A DNA stretch of 64,000 bases. It comes from Eukaryota sp. GEM-RC1. Its lineage: Eukaryota. The stretch is from contig JAUFOQ010000001.1 of assembly GCA_040285855.1 (NCBI GenBank), positions 3,720,001-3,784,000 on the forward strand. The letters run 5' to 3'. The position numbers and the translations under genes were made by a program. Every line of letters begins with the position of its first letter. The first letter of the stretch is position 1. Shown here in pieces: positions 62,293-64,000 of the stretch. The notes below the pieces were generated by a model. It saw only the letters and a program-made list of their open reading frames with translations. It did no database searches and was not told the origin of the DNA.

Positions 62293-64000
62293 ATGTCTCA
62301 TACAGGTAACAATGATCATTGCTCTGTTAAAGGTTCAGATGCGCTAACAAATGATGAAAGTCTTATTAGAGACTCTCCTAGTGGAGAACTCGAACAGACT
62401 GATGGTCCTATTAGAGACTCTCCTAGTGGAGAACTCGAACAGACTAATGACTCGAATAGAGACTCTCCTCGTGGAGAACTCGAAAGAAATCCCAAGTCAA
62501 GTAAGGACTCTCCTTCTGGAGAACCTGAAAGTATTGGTGAAGGAGTTGCACAGAGAGACTCTGGTGTGGGAATTGATGGTGTCACAACCAAAGAAACCCA
62601 TGTTACACTGGATGAATCTGATGCTGAAGGACTCCGAAAACTCCGTTTGAACCCGGATGGTGAAGACGTGCAGTTTATCTCTGAGTCTAAGACCCCCAAG
62701 AAGTCTCGACAGACAACGTCCTCTGGAGCTAAGAATCCTCTGTCAATTGATGAGTTTGACATATCTAATGTGGAATACTCTGAGGAACTTACCCAAGACG
62801 ACTTGGCAAGGAAGGCGAAACGTGAAGCCGAGATGGCCGAACTATTAGCTCTCCGTAAAAAGGTCGAAGAACAAGATAGACTACTTGCTATCTCCGTTAA
62901 ACCCCATAGACCCATGTCTAATAGGGAACGGAAAGAATTCGAAGCAGGGAAACGGGCAAGGTTTATCGAGGACAACGCTCCGGACTACCTAAGGGATAGA
63001 GCTCTGTGGCATAAGGATGCACTCCCTGATCATCTCATCCCCTTCGAATCCATCCACGACAGCTTAACAGGTATGACTGCGGAAACCCTCTGGTATTATG
63101 CCAAGTTTCAACCGAGTCATCCTGATCTCAAAGCTAGGATGCGGCATAGGAAACATTACCTAATCAGGAATGTACCACCTTTGACTTCCCCAGAGAACAT
63201 CAAGAAGTATCTGGGTGAGAAGTTCAACGAGAGCCGTGGGGATACCTTTCGCTTTCCGGACGATGAAGTCTGGGACCCTTCCATGGGAATGGTTGTTGAA
63301 CCACTTGCTGAACTTGGAGACCCCTCTGGTCAACGAGTATTTTATGCTCACCCTCCTTGGTTTGTGTACCAAAAATCTCGAGAAGCTGCTGTGTTTCACA
63401 ATGTGGCTGTCTCTACAGATTGGGTTGACCCTGCTCACGATTTTCCCAATGTTGGACCTGGTTTAGCGTTAACTCAGAAGTTTCGCACTACTCCAGCTGA
63501 TAACAGGGAGATTGTTCCTTTTGGTCTTCGAAACGATCAAAGACTTGAACCTAGCGTTGGTGCTCCTCTCTGCGAAAGCAAATATCAAGACTCTCCATCA
63601 ATTCGAGAACTAGATGCTGACGCTCCTCCAAATTCTTCCTACCCCGGTAAAACGTTTAGACCTGGTGGTTCTGATATTTATGTTTATGACAAAAAATCAA
63701 AGAAGTTTCTACGTGATAAAGAGATCAACGCTTTTGGAGATAAAAGACACAAGGGCTTGCCGAGGACTGTCTGCGAAGAAGAATTCGAAGAAGTCTACAA
63801 GATAACCGAGAATCCAGATCGCTTAAGTACAACTATGCAGATCTCGGAACTCGAGGAAACTCCAGCTCAACCAGAACCTCTTTCAGAATCAGAAGTAGAA
63901 GAACATACTCGACCTCCTTTCAGATCTCGATACGATGAATCTCCTCCCGACTCAGATGAAGAAGATAGAAGGAATCTGGCTGGATCACGTGCCTTGCGTG
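62293..64000 (+). CDS. Long ORF (>=569 codons, runs off the window), possibly the gag-like ORF of an LTR retrotransposon
   Basis: Manual translation from ATG 62293 (MSHTGNNDHCSVKG..) has no stop up to 64000. It is GC-richer than the host genes and has N-terminal 15-aa RDSPSGELEQT repeats. Confidence 0.8.
   Translation, partial: MSHTGNNDHCSVKGSDALTNDESLIRDSPSGELEQTDGPIRDSPSGELEQTNDSNRDSPRGELERNPKSSKDSPSGEPESIGEGVAQRDSGVGIDGVTTKETHVTLDESDAEGLRKLRLNPDGEDVQFISESKTPKKSRQTTSSGAKNPLSIDEFDISNVEYSEELTQDDLARKAKREAEMAELLALRKKVEEQDRLLAISVKPHRPMSNRERKEFEAGKRARFIEDNAPDYLRDRALWHKDALPDHLIPFESIHDSLTGMTAETLWYYAKFQPSHPDLKARMRHRKHYLIRNVPPLTSPENIKKYLGEKFNESRGDTFRFPDDEVWDPSMGMVVEPLAELGDPSGQRVFYAHPPWFVYQKSREAAVFHNVAVSTDWVDPAHDFPNVGPGLALTQKFRTTPADNREIVPFGLRNDQRLEPSVGAPLCESKYQDSPSIRELDADAPPNSSYPGKTFRPGGSDIYVYDKKSKKFLRDKEINAFGDKRHKGLPRTVCEEEFEEVYKITENPDRLSTTMQISELEETPAQPEPLSESEVEEHTRPPFRSRYDESPPDSDEEDRRNLAGSRALR

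Noticed and set aside
62316..63805. Short ORFs listed in the track over the right end
   Set aside because: They are antisense or alternate-frame shadows of the long 62293 ORF.

Overview
This is AT-rich nuclear DNA from a flagellated microbial eukaryote, using the standard genetic code, with tiny GT-AG introns and very short intergenic spacers. The assembly carries many single-base homopolymer indels. Layout: (1) 1-20.7 kb is a tandem array with a basic unit of ~3.85 kb, a 1,883-bp recombinant unit and a 5,804-bp higher-order period. It is built from 5'-truncated CRE/SLACS-like non-LTR retrotransposons (RT thumb, zinc knuckle, restriction-like endonuclease; families called A, B and C here), and each unit starts at a hAT-like transposon end. 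(2) 21.3-37.2 kb is one giant gene: an N-terminal WD40 propeller plus ~22.5 near-identical 543-bp (181-aa) coiled-coil repeats. (3) 37.4-41.3 kb is a nest of retroelements and hAT elements with resolvable TSDs. (4) 42-61 kb is a compact gene block: importin-7/8, vWA, NME5-like, SAS6-like, TAF10, Vps51, an orphan, a PH-domain protein, CCDC146 and BTB-SPRY, with MITEs and retroelement relics between genes. (5) 61.5-64 kb is a probable LTR followed by a long ORF that the ORF track missed. The most unusual observations are: family A ends in CCCCG-oligo(T) instead of poly(A); a family C insertion ends with a tRNA-Ala-like 5' decamer; all retroelement-in-retroelement insertions are co-oriented; one conserved motif is a lesion hotspot; and the array junction coincides exactly with a hAT terminus. 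All family assignments come from motif recognition by eye, not database searches.
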